DNA of 64,000 bases from positions 2,472,699 to 2,536,698 of the forward strand of contig CM082581.2 in NCBI GenBank assembly GCA_040954595.2, in the 5' to 3' direction. The position numbers were made by a program, and so were the translations under genes. Positions 1-15,000 of this stretch are shown piece after piece (position 1 is the first letter of the stretch; each line of letters opens with the position of its first letter). The DNA comes from Balanoglossus misakiensis. Taxonomy: Eukaryota; Animalia; Hemichordata. The notes under the pieces were generated by a model. It had not been told where the DNA came from, did not search any database, and worked only from the letters and a program-made list of their open reading frames with translations.

Positions 1-3000
1 CAGATTCAATGTCATCGTTGCATTAGCAATGTCAAATTAGAGTGCTTTTGGCCACGTATTAACCTATGGATTTACATTTAACATTAAATACCCATGTGAA
101 AGTGCAGAGTTTGCATCACCATCTACTCTGATGCATCATTGAGCTTGCTTCGCCATTTGCCCTAATGCAAAGAATCCCATTCAATGTCACCATTGCATAT
201 GCAATGTCAAAGTACAGTGCTTTCCGCCACGTATTAACCCAGGGATTTACAGACAACTTTAAATCCCCCAGTAGGCATTTTATACCCATGTCAAAGTGAA
301 GTGTTTGCATCACTATCTACCCTGATGCATCATCAACCTTGCTTCGCCATTTACCCTGATGCAAAGAATCAGATTCAATGTCATCGTTGCATTAGCAATG
401 TCAAAGTACAGTGCTTTTGGACACGTATTAACCCAGGGATTTACAGACAACTTTAAATCCCCCTGTAGGCATTTTATACCCATGTCAAAGTGAAGTGTTT
501 GCATCACTATCTACCCTGATGCATCATAAAGCTTGCTACGCCATTTACCCTGATGCAAAGAATCAGATTCAATGTCATCATTGCATTAGCAATGTCAAAG
601 TACAGTGCTTTTCGACACGTATTAACCCACAGATTTTTCAACAACCTGAAATCCCCATATGCATTTAATACCCATGTCAAAGTGAAGTGTTTGCATCACA
701 ATCTACCCTGATGCATCATAAAGCTTGCTACGCCATTTACCCTGATGCAAAGAATCAGATTCAATGTCATCGTTACATTAGCAATGTCAAAGTACAGTGC
801 TTTTGGACACGTATTAACCCAGGGATTTACAGACAACTTTAAATCCCCCTGTAGGCATTTTACACCCATGTCAAAGTGAAGTGTTTGCATCACTATCTAC
901 CCTGATGCATCATAAAGCTTGCTACGCCATTTACCCTGATGCAAAGAATCAGATTCAATGTCATCATTGCATTAGCAATGTCAAAGTACAGTGCTTTTCG
1001 ACACGTATTAACCCAGGGATTTATCATCAACTTGAAATCCCCATATGCATTTAATACCCATGTCAAAGTGAAGTGATTGCATCACTATCTATCCTGATGC
1101 ATCATAAAGCTTGCTACGCCATTTACCCTGATGCAAAGAATCAGATTCAATGTCATCGTTACATTAGCAATGTCAAAGTACAGTGCTTTTGGACACGTAT
1201 TAACCCAGGGATTTACAGACAACTTTAAATCCCCCTGTAGGCATTTTACACCCATGTCAAAGTGAAGTGTTTGCATCACTATCTACCCTGATGCATCATA
1301 AAGCTTGCTACGCCATTTACCCTGATGCAAAGAATCAGATTCAATGTCATCATTGCATTAGCAATGTCAAAGTACAGTGCTTTTCGACACGTATTAACCC
1401 AGGGATTTATCATCAACTTGAAATCCCCATATGCATTTAATACCCATGTCAAAGTGAAGAGATTGCATCACTATCTATCCTGATGCATCATCAACCTTGC
1501 TTCGCCATTTGCCCTGATGCAAAGAATCAGATTCAATGTCATCGTTGCATTAGCAATGTCAAATTAGAGTGCTTTTGGCCACGTATTAACCTATGGATTT
1601 ACATTTAACATTAAATACCCATGTGAAAGTGCAGAGTTTGCATCACCATCTACTCTGATGCATCATTGAGCTTGCTTCGCCATTTGCCCTAATGCAAAGA
1701 ATCCCATTCAATGTCACCATTGCATATGCAATGTCAAAGTACAGTGCTTTCCGCCACGTATTAACCCAGGGATTTACAGACAACTTTAAATCCCCCAGTA
1801 GGCATTTTATACTCATGTCAAAGTGCAGAGCTTGCATCACAATCTACCCTGATGCATCATCAACCTTGCTTCGCCATTTACCCTGATGCAAAGAATCAGA
1901 TTCAATGTCATCGTTGCATTAGCAATGTCAAAGTACAGTGCTTTTGGACACGTATTAACCCAGGGATTTACAGACAACTTTAAATCCCCCTGTAGGCATT
2001 TTACACCCATGTCAAAGTGAAGTGTTTGCATCACTATCTACCCTGATGCATCATAAAGCTTGCTACGCCATTTACCCTGATTCAAAGAATCAGATTCAAT
2101 GTCATCATTGCATTAGCAATGTCAAAGTACAGTGCTTTTCGACACGTATTAACCCACAGATTTTTCAACAACCTGAAATCCCCATATGCATTTAATACCC
2201 ATGTCAAAGTGAAGTGTTTGCATCACTATCTACCCTGATGCATCATAAAGCTTGCTACGCCATTTACCCTGATGCAAAGAATCAGATTCAATGTCATCGT
2301 TGCATTAGCAATGTCAAATTAGAGTGCTTTTGGCCACGTATTAACCTATGGATTTACATTTAACATTAAATACCCATGTGAAAGTGCAGAGTTTGCATCA
2401 CCATCTACTCTGATGCATCATTGAGCTTGCTTCGCCATTTGCCCTAATGCAAAGAATCCCATTCAATGTCACCATTGCATATGCAATGTCAAAGTACAGT
2501 GCTTTCCGCCACGTATTAACCCAGGGATTTACAGACAACTTTAAATCCCCCAGTAGGCATTTTATACTCATGTCAAAGTGCAGAGCTTGCATCACAATCT
2601 ACCCTGATGCATCATCAACCTTGCTTCGCCATTTACCCTGATGCAAAGAATCAGATTCAATGTCATCGTTGCATTAGCAATGTCAAAGTACAGTGCTTTT
2701 GGACTCGTATTAACCCAGGGATTTACAGACAACTTTAAATCCCCCTGTAGGCATTTTACACCCATGTCAAAGTGAAGTGTTTGCATCACTATCTACCCTG
2801 ATGCATCATAAAGCTTGCTACGCCATTTACCCTGATTCAAAGAATCAGATTCAATGTCATCATTGCATTAGCAATGTCAAAGTACAGTGCTTTTCGACAC
2901 GTATTAACCCACAGATTTTTCAACAACCTGAAATCCCCATATGCATTTAATACCCATGTCAAAGTGAAGTGTTTGCATCACTATCTACCCTGATGCATCA

Positions 3001-6000
3001 TAAAGCTTGCTACGCCATTTACCCTGATGCAAAGAATCAGATTCAATGTCATCGTTACATTAGCAATGTCAAAGTACAGTGCTTTTGGACACGTATTAAC
3101 CCAGGGATTTATCATCAACTTGAAATCCCCATATGCATTTAATACCCATGTCAAAGTGAAGTGATTGCATCACTATCTATCCTGATGCATCATCAACCTT
3201 GCTTCGCCATTTGCCCTGATGCAAAGAATCAGATTCAATGTCATCGTTGCATTAGCAATGTCAAATTAGAGTGCTTTTGGCCACGTATTAACCTATGGAT
3301 TTACATTTAACATTAAATACCCATGTGAAAGTGCAGAGTTTGCATCACCATCTACTCTGATGCATCATTGAGCTTGCTTCGCCATTTGCCCTAATGCAAA
3401 GAATCCCATTCAATGTCACCATTGCATATGCAATGTCAAAGTACAGTGCTTTCCGCCACGTATTAACCCAGGGATTTACAGACAACTTTAAATCCCCCAG
3501 TAGGCATTTTATACCCATGTCAAAGTGCAGAGCTTGCATCACAATCTACCCTGATGCATCATCAACCTTGCTTCGCCATTTACCCTGATGCAAAGAATCA
3601 GATTCAATGTCATCGTTGCATTAGCAATGTCAAAGTACAGTGCTTTTGGACACGTATTAACCCAGGGATTTACAGACAACTTTAAATCCCCCTGTAGGCA
3701 TTTTACACCCATGTCAAAGTGAAGTGTTTGCATCACTATCTACCCTGATGCATCATAAAGCTTGCTACGCCATTTACCCTGATGCAAAGAATCAGATTCA
3801 ATGTCATCATTGCATTAGCAATGTCAAAGTACAGTGCTTTTTGACACGTATTAACCCACAGATTTTTCAACAACCTGAAATCCCCATATGCATTTAATAC
3901 CCATGTCAAAGTGAAGTGTTTGCATCACTATCTACCCTGATGCATCATAAAGCTTGCTACGCCATTTACCCTGATGCAAAGAATCAGATTCAATGTCATC
4001 GTTACATTAGCAATGTCAAAGTACAGTGCTTTTGGACACGTATTAACCCAGGGATTTATCATCAACTTGAAATCCCCATATGCATTTAATACCCATGTCA
4101 AAGTGAAGTGATTGCATCACTATCTACCCTGATGCATCATCAACCTTGCTTCGCCATTTGCCCTGATGCAAAGAATCAGATTCAATGTCATCGTTGCATT
4201 AGCAATGTCAAATTAGAGTGCTTTTGGCCACGTATTAACCTATGGATTTACATTTACCATTAAATACCCATGTGAAAGTGCAGAGTTTGCATCACCATCT
4301 ACTCTGATGCATCATTGAGCTTGCTTCGCCATTTGCCCTAATGCAAACAATCCCATTCAATGTCACCATTGCATATGCAATGTCAAAGTACAGTGCTTTC
4401 CGCCTCGTATTAACCCAGGGATTTACAGACAACTTTAAATCCCCCTGTAGGCATTTTATACCCATGTCAAAGTGCAGAGCTTGCATCACTATCTACCCTG
4501 ATGCATAATCAACCTTGCTTCGCCATTTACCCTGATGCAAAGAATCAGATTCAATGTCATCGTTGCATTAGCAATGTCAAAGTACAGTGCTTTTGGACAC
4601 GTATTAACCCAGGGATTTACAGACAACTTTAAATCCCCCTGTAGGCATTTTATACCCATGTCAAAGTGAAGTGTTTGCATCACTATCTACCCTGATGCAT
4701 CATAAAGCTTGCTACGCCATTTACCCTGATGCAAAGAATCAGATTCAATGTCATCATTGCATTAGCAATGTCAAAGTACAGTGCTTTTCGACACGTATTA
4801 ACCCACAGATTTTTCAACAACCTGAAATCCCCATATGCATTTAATACCCATGTCAAAGTGAAGTGTTTGCATCACTATCTACCCTGATGCATCATAAAGC
4901 TTGCTACGCCATTTACCCTGATGCAAAGAATCAGATTCAATGTCATCGTTACATTAGCAATGTCAAAGTACAGTGCTTTTGGACACGTATTAACCCAGGG
5001 ATTTATCATCAACTTGAAATCCCCATATGCATTTAATACCCATGTCAAAGTGAAGTGATTGCATCACTATCTACCCTGATGCATCATCAACCTTGCTTCG
5101 CCATTTGCCCAGATGCAAAGAATCAGATTCAATGTCATCGTTGCATTAGCAATGTCAAATTAGAGTGCTTTTGGCCACGTATTAACCTATGGATTTACAT
5201 TTAACATTAAATACCCATGTGAAAGTGCAGAGTTTGCATCACCATCTACTCTGATGCATCATTGAGCTTGCTTCGCCATTTGCCCTAATGCAAAGAATCC
5301 CATTCAATGTCACCATTGCATATGCAATGTCAAAGTACAGTGCTTTCCGCCACGTATTAACCCAGGGATTTACAGACAACTTTAAATCCCCCTGTAGGCA
5401 TTTTATACCCATGTCTAAGTGCAGAGCTTGCATCACTATCTACCCTGATGCATAATCAACCTTGCTTCGCCATTTACCCTGATGCAAAGAATCAGATTCA
5501 ATGTCATCGTTGCATTAGCAATGTCAAAGTACAGTGCTTTTGGACACGTATTAACCCAGGGATTTACAGACAACTTTAAATCCCCCTGTAGGCATTTTAT
5601 ACACATGTCAAAGTGAAGTGTTTGCATCACTATCTACCCTGATGCATCATAAAGCTTGCTACGCCATTTACCCTGATGCAAAGAATCAGATTCAATGTCA
5701 TCATTGCATTAGCAATGTCAAAGTACAGTGCTTTTCGACACGTATTAACCCACAGATTTTTCAACAACCTGAAATCCCCATATGCATTTAATACCCATGT
5801 CAAAGTGAAGTGTTTGCATCACTATCTACCCTGATGCATCATAAAGCTTGCTACGCCATTTACCCTGATGCAAAGAATCAGATTCAATGTCATCGTTACA
5901 TTAGCAATGTCAAAGTACAGTGCTTTTGGACACGTATTAACCCAGGGATTTATCATCAACTTGAAATCCCCATATGCATTTAATACCCATGTCAAAGTGA

Positions 6001-9000
6001 AGTGATTGCATCACTATCTACCCTGATGCATCATCAACCTTGCTTCGCCATTTGCCCTGATGCAAAGAATCAGATTCAATGTCATGGTTGCATTAGCAAT
6101 GTCAAATTAGAGTGCTTTTGGCCACGTATTAACCTATGGATTTACAGTTAACATTAAATACCCATGTGAAAGTGCAGAGTTTGCATCACCATCTACTCTG
6201 ATGCATCATTGAGTTTGCTTCGCCATTTGCCCTAATGCAAAGAATCCCATTCAATGTCACCATTGCATATGCAATGTCAAAGTACAGTGCTTTCCGCCAC
6301 GTATTAACCCAGGGATTTACAGACAACTTTAAATCCCCCTGTAGGCATTTTATACCCATGTCAAAGTGAAGTGTTTGCATCACTATCTACCCTGATGCGT
6401 CATAAAGCTTGCTACGCCATTTACCCTGATGCAAAGAATCAGATTCAATGTCATCGTTGCATTAGCAATGTCAAAGTACAGTGCTTTTGGACACGTATTA
6501 ACCCACAGATTTTTCAACAACCTGAAATCCCCATATGCATTTAATACCCATGTCAAAGTGAAGTGTTTGCATCACTATCTACCCTGATGCATCATAAAGC
6601 TTGCTACGCCATATACCCTGATGCAAAGAATCAGATTCAATGTCATCGTTTCATCAGCAATGTCAAATTACAGTGCTTTTGGACACGTATTAACCCAGGG
6701 ATTTATCATCAACTTGAAATCCCCATATGCATTTAATACCAATGTCAAAGTGAAGTGATTGCATCACTATCTACCCTGATGCATCATAAACCTTGCTTCG
6801 CCATTTGCCCTGATGCAAAGAATCAGATTCAATGTCATCGTTCCATTAGCAATGTCAAATTAGAGTGCTTTTGGTCACGTATTAACCTATGGATTTACAT
6901 TTAACATTAAATACCCATGTGAAAGTGCAGAGTTTGCATCACCATCTACTCTGATGCATCATTGAGCTTGCTTCGCCAATTGCCCTAATGCAAAGAATCC
7001 CATTCAATGTCACCATTGCATATGCAATGTCAAAGTACAGTGCTTTCCGCCACGTATTAACCCAGGGATTTACAGACAACTTTAAATCCCCCTGTAGGCA
7101 TTTTATGCCCATGTCAAAGTGCAGAGCTTGCATCACTATCTACCCTGATGCTTCATCAACCTTGCTTCGCCATTTACCCTGATGCAAAGAATCAGATTCA
7201 ATGTCATCGCTGCATTAGCAATGTCAAAGTACAGTGTTTTTGGACACGTAATAACCCAGGGATTTACAGACAACATTAAATCCCCCTGTAGGCATTTTAT
7301 ACCCATGTCAAAGTGAAGTGTTTGCATCACTATCTACCCTGATGCATCATAAAGCTTGCTACGCCATATACCCTGATGCAAAGAATCAGATTCAATGTCA
7401 TCGTTGCATTATCAATGTCAAATTACAGTGCTTTTGGACACGTATTAACCCAGGGATTTATCATCAACTTGAAATCCCCATATGCATTTAATACCAATGT
7501 CAAAGTGAAGTGATTGCATCACTATCTATCCTGATGCATCACCAACCTTGCTTCGCCATTTGCCCTGATGCAAAGAATCAGATTCAATGTCATCGTTGCA
7601 TTAGCAATGTCAAATTAGAGTGCTTTTGGCCACGTATTAACCTATGGATTTACATTTAACATTAAATACCCATGTGAAAGTGCAGAGTTTGCATCACCAT
7701 CTACTCTGATGCATCATTGAGCTTGCTTCGCCATTTGCCCTAATGCAAAGAATCCCATTCAATGTCACCATTGCATATGCAATGTCAAAGTACAGTGCTT
7801 TCCGCCACGTATTAACCCAGGGATTTACAGACCACTTTAAATCCCCCAGTAGGCATTTTATACCCATGTCAAAGTGCAGAGCTTGCATCACTATCTACCC
7901 TGATGCATCATCAACCTTGCTTCGCCATTTACCCTGATGCAAAGAATCAGATTCAATGTCATCGTTGCATTAGCAATGTCAAAGTACAGTGCTTTTGGAC
8001 ACGTATTAACCCAGGGATTTACAGACAACTTTAAATCCCCCTGTAGGCATTTTATACCCATGTCAAAGTGAAGTGTTTGCATCACTATCTACCCTGATGC
8101 ATCATAAAGCTTGCTACGCCATTTACCCTGATGCAAAGAATCAGATTCAATGTCATCATTGCATTAGCAATGTCAAAGTACAGTGCTTTTCGACACGTAT
8201 TAACCCACAGATTTTTCAACAACCTGAAATCCCCATATGCATTTAATACCCTTGTCAAAGTGAAGTGTTTGCATCACTATCTACCCTGATGCATCATAAA
8301 GCTTGCTACGCCATTTACCCTGATGCAAAGAATCAGATTCAATGTCATCGTTACATTAGCAATGTCAAAGTACAGTGCTTTTGGACACGTATTAACCCAG
8401 GGATTTATCATCAACTTGAAATCCCCATATGCATTTAATACCCATGTCAAAGTGAAGTGATTGCATCACTATCTATCCTGATGCATCATCAACCTTGCTT
8501 CGCCATTTGCCCTGATGCAAAGAATCAGATTCAATGTCATCGTTGCATTAGCAATGTCAAATTAGAGTGCTTTTGGCCACGTATTAACCTATGGATTTAC
8601 ATTTAACATTAAATACCCATGTGAAAGTGCAGAGTTTGCATCACCATCTACTCTGATGCATCATTGAGCTTGCTTCGCCATTTGCCCTAATGCAAAGAAT
8701 CCCATTCAATGTCACCATTGCATATGCAATGTCAAAGTACAGTGCTTTCCGCCACGTATTAACCCAGGGATTTACAGACAACTTTAAATCCCCCAGTAGG
8801 CATTTTATACCCATGTCAAAGTGCAGAGCTTGCATCACTATCTACCCTGATGCATCATCAACCTTGCTTCGCCATTTACCCTGATGCAAAGAATCAGATT
8901 CAATGTCATCGTTGCATTAGCAATGTCAAAGTACAGTGCTTTTGGACACGTATTTACCCAGGGATTTACAGACAACTTTAAATCCCCCTGTAGGCATTTT

Positions 9001-12000
9001 ATACCCATGTCAAAGTGAAGTGTTTGCATCACTATCTACCCTGATGCATCATAAAGCTTGCTACGCCATTTACCCTGATGCAAAGAATCAGATTCAATGT
9101 CATCATTGCATTAGCAATGTCAAAGTACAGTGCTTTTCGACACGTATTAACCCACAGATTTTTCAACAACCTGAAATCCCCATATGCATTTAATACCCAT
9201 GTCAAAGTGAAGTGTTTGCATCATTATCTACCCTGATGCATCATAAAGCTTGCTACGCCATTTACCCTGATGCAAAGAATCAGATTCAATGTCATCGTTA
9301 CATTAGCAATGTCAAAGTACAGTGCTTTTGGACACGTATTAACCCAGGGATTTATCATCAACTTGAAATCCCCATATGCATTTAATACCCATGTCAAAGT
9401 GAAGTGATTGCATCACTATCTATCCTGATGCATCATCAACCTTGCTTCGCCATTTGCCCTGATGCAAAGAATCAGATTCAATGTCATCGTTGCATTAGCA
9501 ATGTCAAATTAGAGTGCTTTTGGCCACGTATTAACCTATGGATTTACATTTAACATTAAATACCCATGTGAAAGTGCAGAGTTTGCATCACCATCTACTC
9601 TTATGCATCATTGAGCTTGCTTCGCCATTTGCCCTAATGCAAAGAATCCCATTCAATGTCACCATTGCATATGCAATGTCAAAGTACAGTGCTTTCCGCC
9701 ACGTATTAACCCAGGGATTTACAGACAACTTTAAATCCCCCAGTAGGCATTTTATACCCATGTCAAAGTGCAGAGCTTGCATCACTATCTACCCTGATGC
9801 ATCATCAACCTTGCTTCGCCATTTACCCTGATGCAAAGAATCAGATTCAATGTCATCGTTGCATTAGCAATGTCAAAGTACAGTGCTTTTGGACACGTAT
9901 TAACCCAGGGATTTACAGACAACTTTAAATCCCCCTGTAGGCATTTTACACCCATGTCAAAGTGAAGTGTTTGCATCACTATCTACCCTGATGCATCATA
10001 AAGCTTGCTACGCCATTTACCCTGATGCAAAGAATCAGATTCAATGTCATCATTGCATTAGCAATGTCAAAGTACAGTGCTTTTCGACACGTATTTACCC
10101 ACAGATTTTTCAACAACCTGAAATCCCCATATGCATTTAATACCCATGTCAAAGTGAAGTGTTTGCATCACTATCTACCCTGATGCATCATAAAGCTTGC
10201 TACGCCATTTACCCTGATGCAAAGAATCAGACTCAATGTCATCGTTGCATTAGCAATGTCAAAGTACAGTGCTTTTGGACATGTATTAACCCAGGGATTT
10301 ATCATCAACTTGAAATCCCCATATGCATTTAATACCCATGTCAAAGTGAAGTGATTGCATCACTATCTACCCTGATGCATCATCAACCTTGCTTCGCCAT
10401 TTGCCCTGATGCAAAGAATCAGATTCAATGTGATCGTTCCATTAGCAATGTCAAATTAGAGTGCTTTTGGACACGTATTAACCTATGGATTTACATTTAA
10501 CATTAAATACCCATGTGAAAGTGCAGAGTTTGCATCACCATCTACTCTGATGTATCATTGAGCTTGCTTCGCCATTTGCCCTAATGCAAAGAATCCCATT
10601 CAATGTCACCATTGCATATGCAATGTCAAAGTACAGTGCTTTCCGCCACGTATTAACCCAGGGATTTACAGACAACTTTAAATCCCCCTGTAGACATTTT
10701 ATGCCCATGTCAAAGTGCAGAGCTTGCATCACTATCTACCCTGATGCATCATCAACCTTGCTTCGCCATTTACCCTGATGCAAAGAATCAGATTCAATGT
10801 CATCGCTGCATTAGCAATGTCAAAGTACAGTGCTTTTGGACACGTATTAACCCAGGGATTTACAGACAACTTTAAATCCCCCTGTAGGCATTTTATACCC
10901 ATGTCAAAGTGAAGTGTTTGCATCACTATCTACCCTGATGCATCATAAAGCTTGCTACGCCATTTACCCTGATGCAAAGAATCAGATTCAATGTTATCGT
11001 TGCATTAGCAATGTCAAAGTACAGTGCTTTTGGACACGTATTAACCCACAGATTTTTCAACAACCTGAAATCCCCATATGCATCTAATACCCATGTCAAA
11101 GTTAAGTGTTTGCATCACTATCTACCCTGATGCATCATAAAGCTTGCTACGCCATTTACCCTGATGCAAAGAATCAGATTCAATGTCATCGTTGCATTAG
11201 CAATGTCAAAGTACAGTGATTTTGGACACGTATTAACCCAGGGATTTATCATCAACTTGAAATCCCCATATGCATTTAATACCCATGTCAAAGTGAAGTG
11301 TTTGCATCACTATCTACCCTGATGCAATATAAAGCTTGCTACGCCATTTACCCTGATGCAAAGAAACAGATTCAATGTCATCGTTACATTAGCAATGTCA
11401 AAGTACAGTGCTTTTGGACACGTATTAACCCAGGGATTTATCATCAACTTGAAATCCCCATATGCATTCAATACCCATGTCAAAGTGAAGTGATTGCATC
11501 ACTATCTACCCTGATGCATCATCAACCTTGCTTCGCCATTTGCCCTGATGCAAAGAATCAGATTCAATGTCATCGTTGCATTAGCAATGTCAAATTAGAG
11601 TGCTTTTGGCCACGTATTAACCTATGGATTTACATTTAACATTAAATACCCATGTGAAAGTGCAGAGTTTGCATCACCATCTACTCTGATGCATCATTGA
11701 GCTTGCTTCGCCAATTGCCCTAATGCAAAGAATCCCATTCAATGTCACCATTGCATATGCAATGTCAAAGTACAGTGCTTTCCGCCACGTATTAACCCAG
11801 GGATTTACAGACAACTTTAAATCCCCCTGTAGGCATTTTATGCCCATGTCAAAGTGCAGAGCTTGCATCACTATCTACCCTGATGCTTCATCAACCTTGC
11901 TTCGCCATTTACCCTGATGCAAAGAATCAGATTCAATGTCATCGCTGCATTAGCAATGTCAAAGTACAGTGTTTTTGGACACGTAATAACCCAGGGATTT

Positions 12001-15000
12001 ACAGACAACATTAAATCCCCCTGTAGGCATTTTATACCCATGTCAAAGTGAAGTGTTTGCATCACTATCTACCCTGATGCATCATAAAGCTTGCTACGCC
12101 ATATACCCTGATGCAAAGAATCAGATTCAATGTCATCGTTGCATTATCAATGTCAAATTACAGTGCTTTTGGACACGTATTAACCCAGGGATTTATCATC
12201 AACTTGAAATCCCCATATGCATTTAATACCAATGTCAAAGTGAAGTGATTGCATCACTATCTATCCTGATGCATCACCAACCTTGCTTCGCCATTTGCCC
12301 TGATGCAAAGAATCAGATTCAATGTCATCGTTGCATTAGCAATGTCAAATTAGAGTGCTTTTGGCCACGTATTAACCTATGGATTTACATTTAACATTAA
12401 ATACCCATGTGAAAGTGCAGAGTTTGCATCACCATCTACTCTGATGCATCATTGAGCTTGCTTCGCCATTTGCCCTAATGCAAAGAATCCCATTCAATGT
12501 CACCATTGCATATGCAATGTCAAAGTACAGTGCTTTCCGCCACGTATTAACCCAGGGATTTACAGACCACTTTAAATCCCCCAGTAGGCATTTTATACCC
12601 ATGTCAAAGTGCAGAGCTTGCATCACTATCTACCCTGATGCATCATCAACCTTGCTTCGCCATTTACCCTGATGCAAAGAATCAGATTCAATGTCATCGT
12701 TGCATTAGCAATGTCAAAGTACAGTGCTTTTGGACACGTATTAACCCAGGGATTTACAGACAACTTTAAATCCCCCTGTAGGCATTTTATACCCATGTCA
12801 AAGTGAAGTGTTTGCATCACTATCTACCCTGATGCATCATAAAGCTTGCTACGCCATTTACCCTGATGCAAAGAATCAGATTCAATGTCATCATTGCATT
12901 AGCAATGTCAAAGTACAGTGCTTTTCGACACGTATTAACCCACAGATTTTTCAACAACCTGAAATCCCCATATGCATTTAATACCCTTGTCAAAGTGAAG
13001 TGTTTGCATCACTATCTACCCTGATGCATCATAAAGCTTGCTACGCCATTTACCCTGATGCAAAGAATCAGATTCAATGTCATCGTTACATTAGCAATGT
13101 CAAAGTACAGTGCTTTTGGACACGTATTAACCCAGGGATTTATCATCAACTTGAAATCCCCATATGCATTTAATACCCATGTCAAAGTGAAGTGATTGCA
13201 TCACTATCTATCCTGATGCATCATCAACCTTGCTTCGCCATTTGCCCTGATGCAAAGAATCAGATTCAATGTCATCGTTGCATTAGCAATGTCAAATTAG
13301 AGTGCTTTTGGCCACGTATTAACCTATGGATTTACATTTAACATTAAATACCCATGTGAAAGTGCAGAGTTTGCATCACCATCTACTCTGATGCATCATT
13401 GAGCTTGCTTCGCCATTTGCCCTAATGCAAAGAATCCCATTCAATGTCACCATTGCATATGCAATGTCAAAGTACAGTGCTTTCCGCCACGTATTAACCC
13501 AGGGATTTACAGACAACTTTAAATCCCCCAGTAGGCATTTTATACCCATGTCAAAGTGCAGAGCTTGCATCACTATCTACCCTGATGCATCATCAACCTT
13601 GCTTCGCCATTTACCCTGATGCAAAGAATCAGATTCAATGTCATCGTTGCATTAGCAATGTCAAAGTACAGTGCTTTTGGACACGTATTTACCCAGGGAT
13701 TTACAGACAACTTTAAATCCCCCTGTAGGCATTTTATACCCATGTCAAAGTGAAGTGTTTGCATCACTATCTACCCTGATGCATCATAAAGCTTGCTACG
13801 CCATTTACCCTGATGCAAAGAATCAGATTCAATGTCATCATTGCATTAGCAATGTCAAAGTACAGTGCTTTTCGACACGTATTAACCCACAGATTTTTCA
13901 ACAACCTGAAATCCCCATATGCATTTAATACCCATGTCAAAGTGAAGTGTTTGCATCATTATCTACCCTGATGCATCATAAAGCTTGCTACGCCATTTAC
14001 CCTGATGCAAAGAATCAGATTCAATGTCATCGTTACATTAGCAATGTCAAAGTACAGTGCTTTTGGACACGTATTAACCCAGGGATTTATCATCAACTTG
14101 AAATCCCCATATGCATTTAATACCCATGTCAAAGTGAAGTGATTGCATCACTATCTATCCTGATGCATCATCAACCTTGCTTCGCCATTTGCCCTGATGC
14201 AAAGAATCAGATTCAATGTCATCGTTGCATTAGCAATGTCAAATTAGAGTGCTTTTGGCCACGTATTAACCTATGGATTTACATTTAACATTAAATACCC
14301 ATGTGAAAGTGCAGAGTTTGCATCACCATCTACTCTTATGCATCATTGAGCTTGCTTCGCCATTTGCCCTAATGCAAAGAATCCCATTCAATGTCACCAT
14401 TGCATATGCAATGTCAAAGTACAGTGCTTTCCGCCACGTATTAACCCAGGGATTTACAGACAACTTTAAATCCCCCAGTAGGCATTTTATACCCATGTCA
14501 AAGTGCAGAGCTTGCATCACTATCTACCCTGATGCATCATCAACCTTGCTTCGCCATTTACCCTGATGCAAAGAATCAGATTCAATGTCATCGTTGCATT
14601 AGCAATGTCAAAGTACAGTGCTTTTGGACACGTATTAACCCAGGGATTTACAGACAACTTTAAATCCCCCTGTAGGCATTTTACACCCATGTCAAAGTGA
14701 AGTGTTTGCATCACTATCTACCCTGATGCATCATAAAGCTTGCTACGCCATTTACCCTGATGCAAAGAATCAGATTCAATGTCATCATTGCATTAGCAAT
14801 GTCAAAGTACAGTGCTTTTCGACACGTATTTACCCACAGATTTTTCAACAACCTGAAATCCCCATATGCATTTAATACCCATGTCAAAGTGAAGTGTTTG
14901 CATCACTATCTACCCTGATGCATCATAAAGCTTGCTACGCCATTTACCCTGATGCAAAGAATCAGACTCAATGTCATCGTTGCATTAGCAATGTCAAAGT

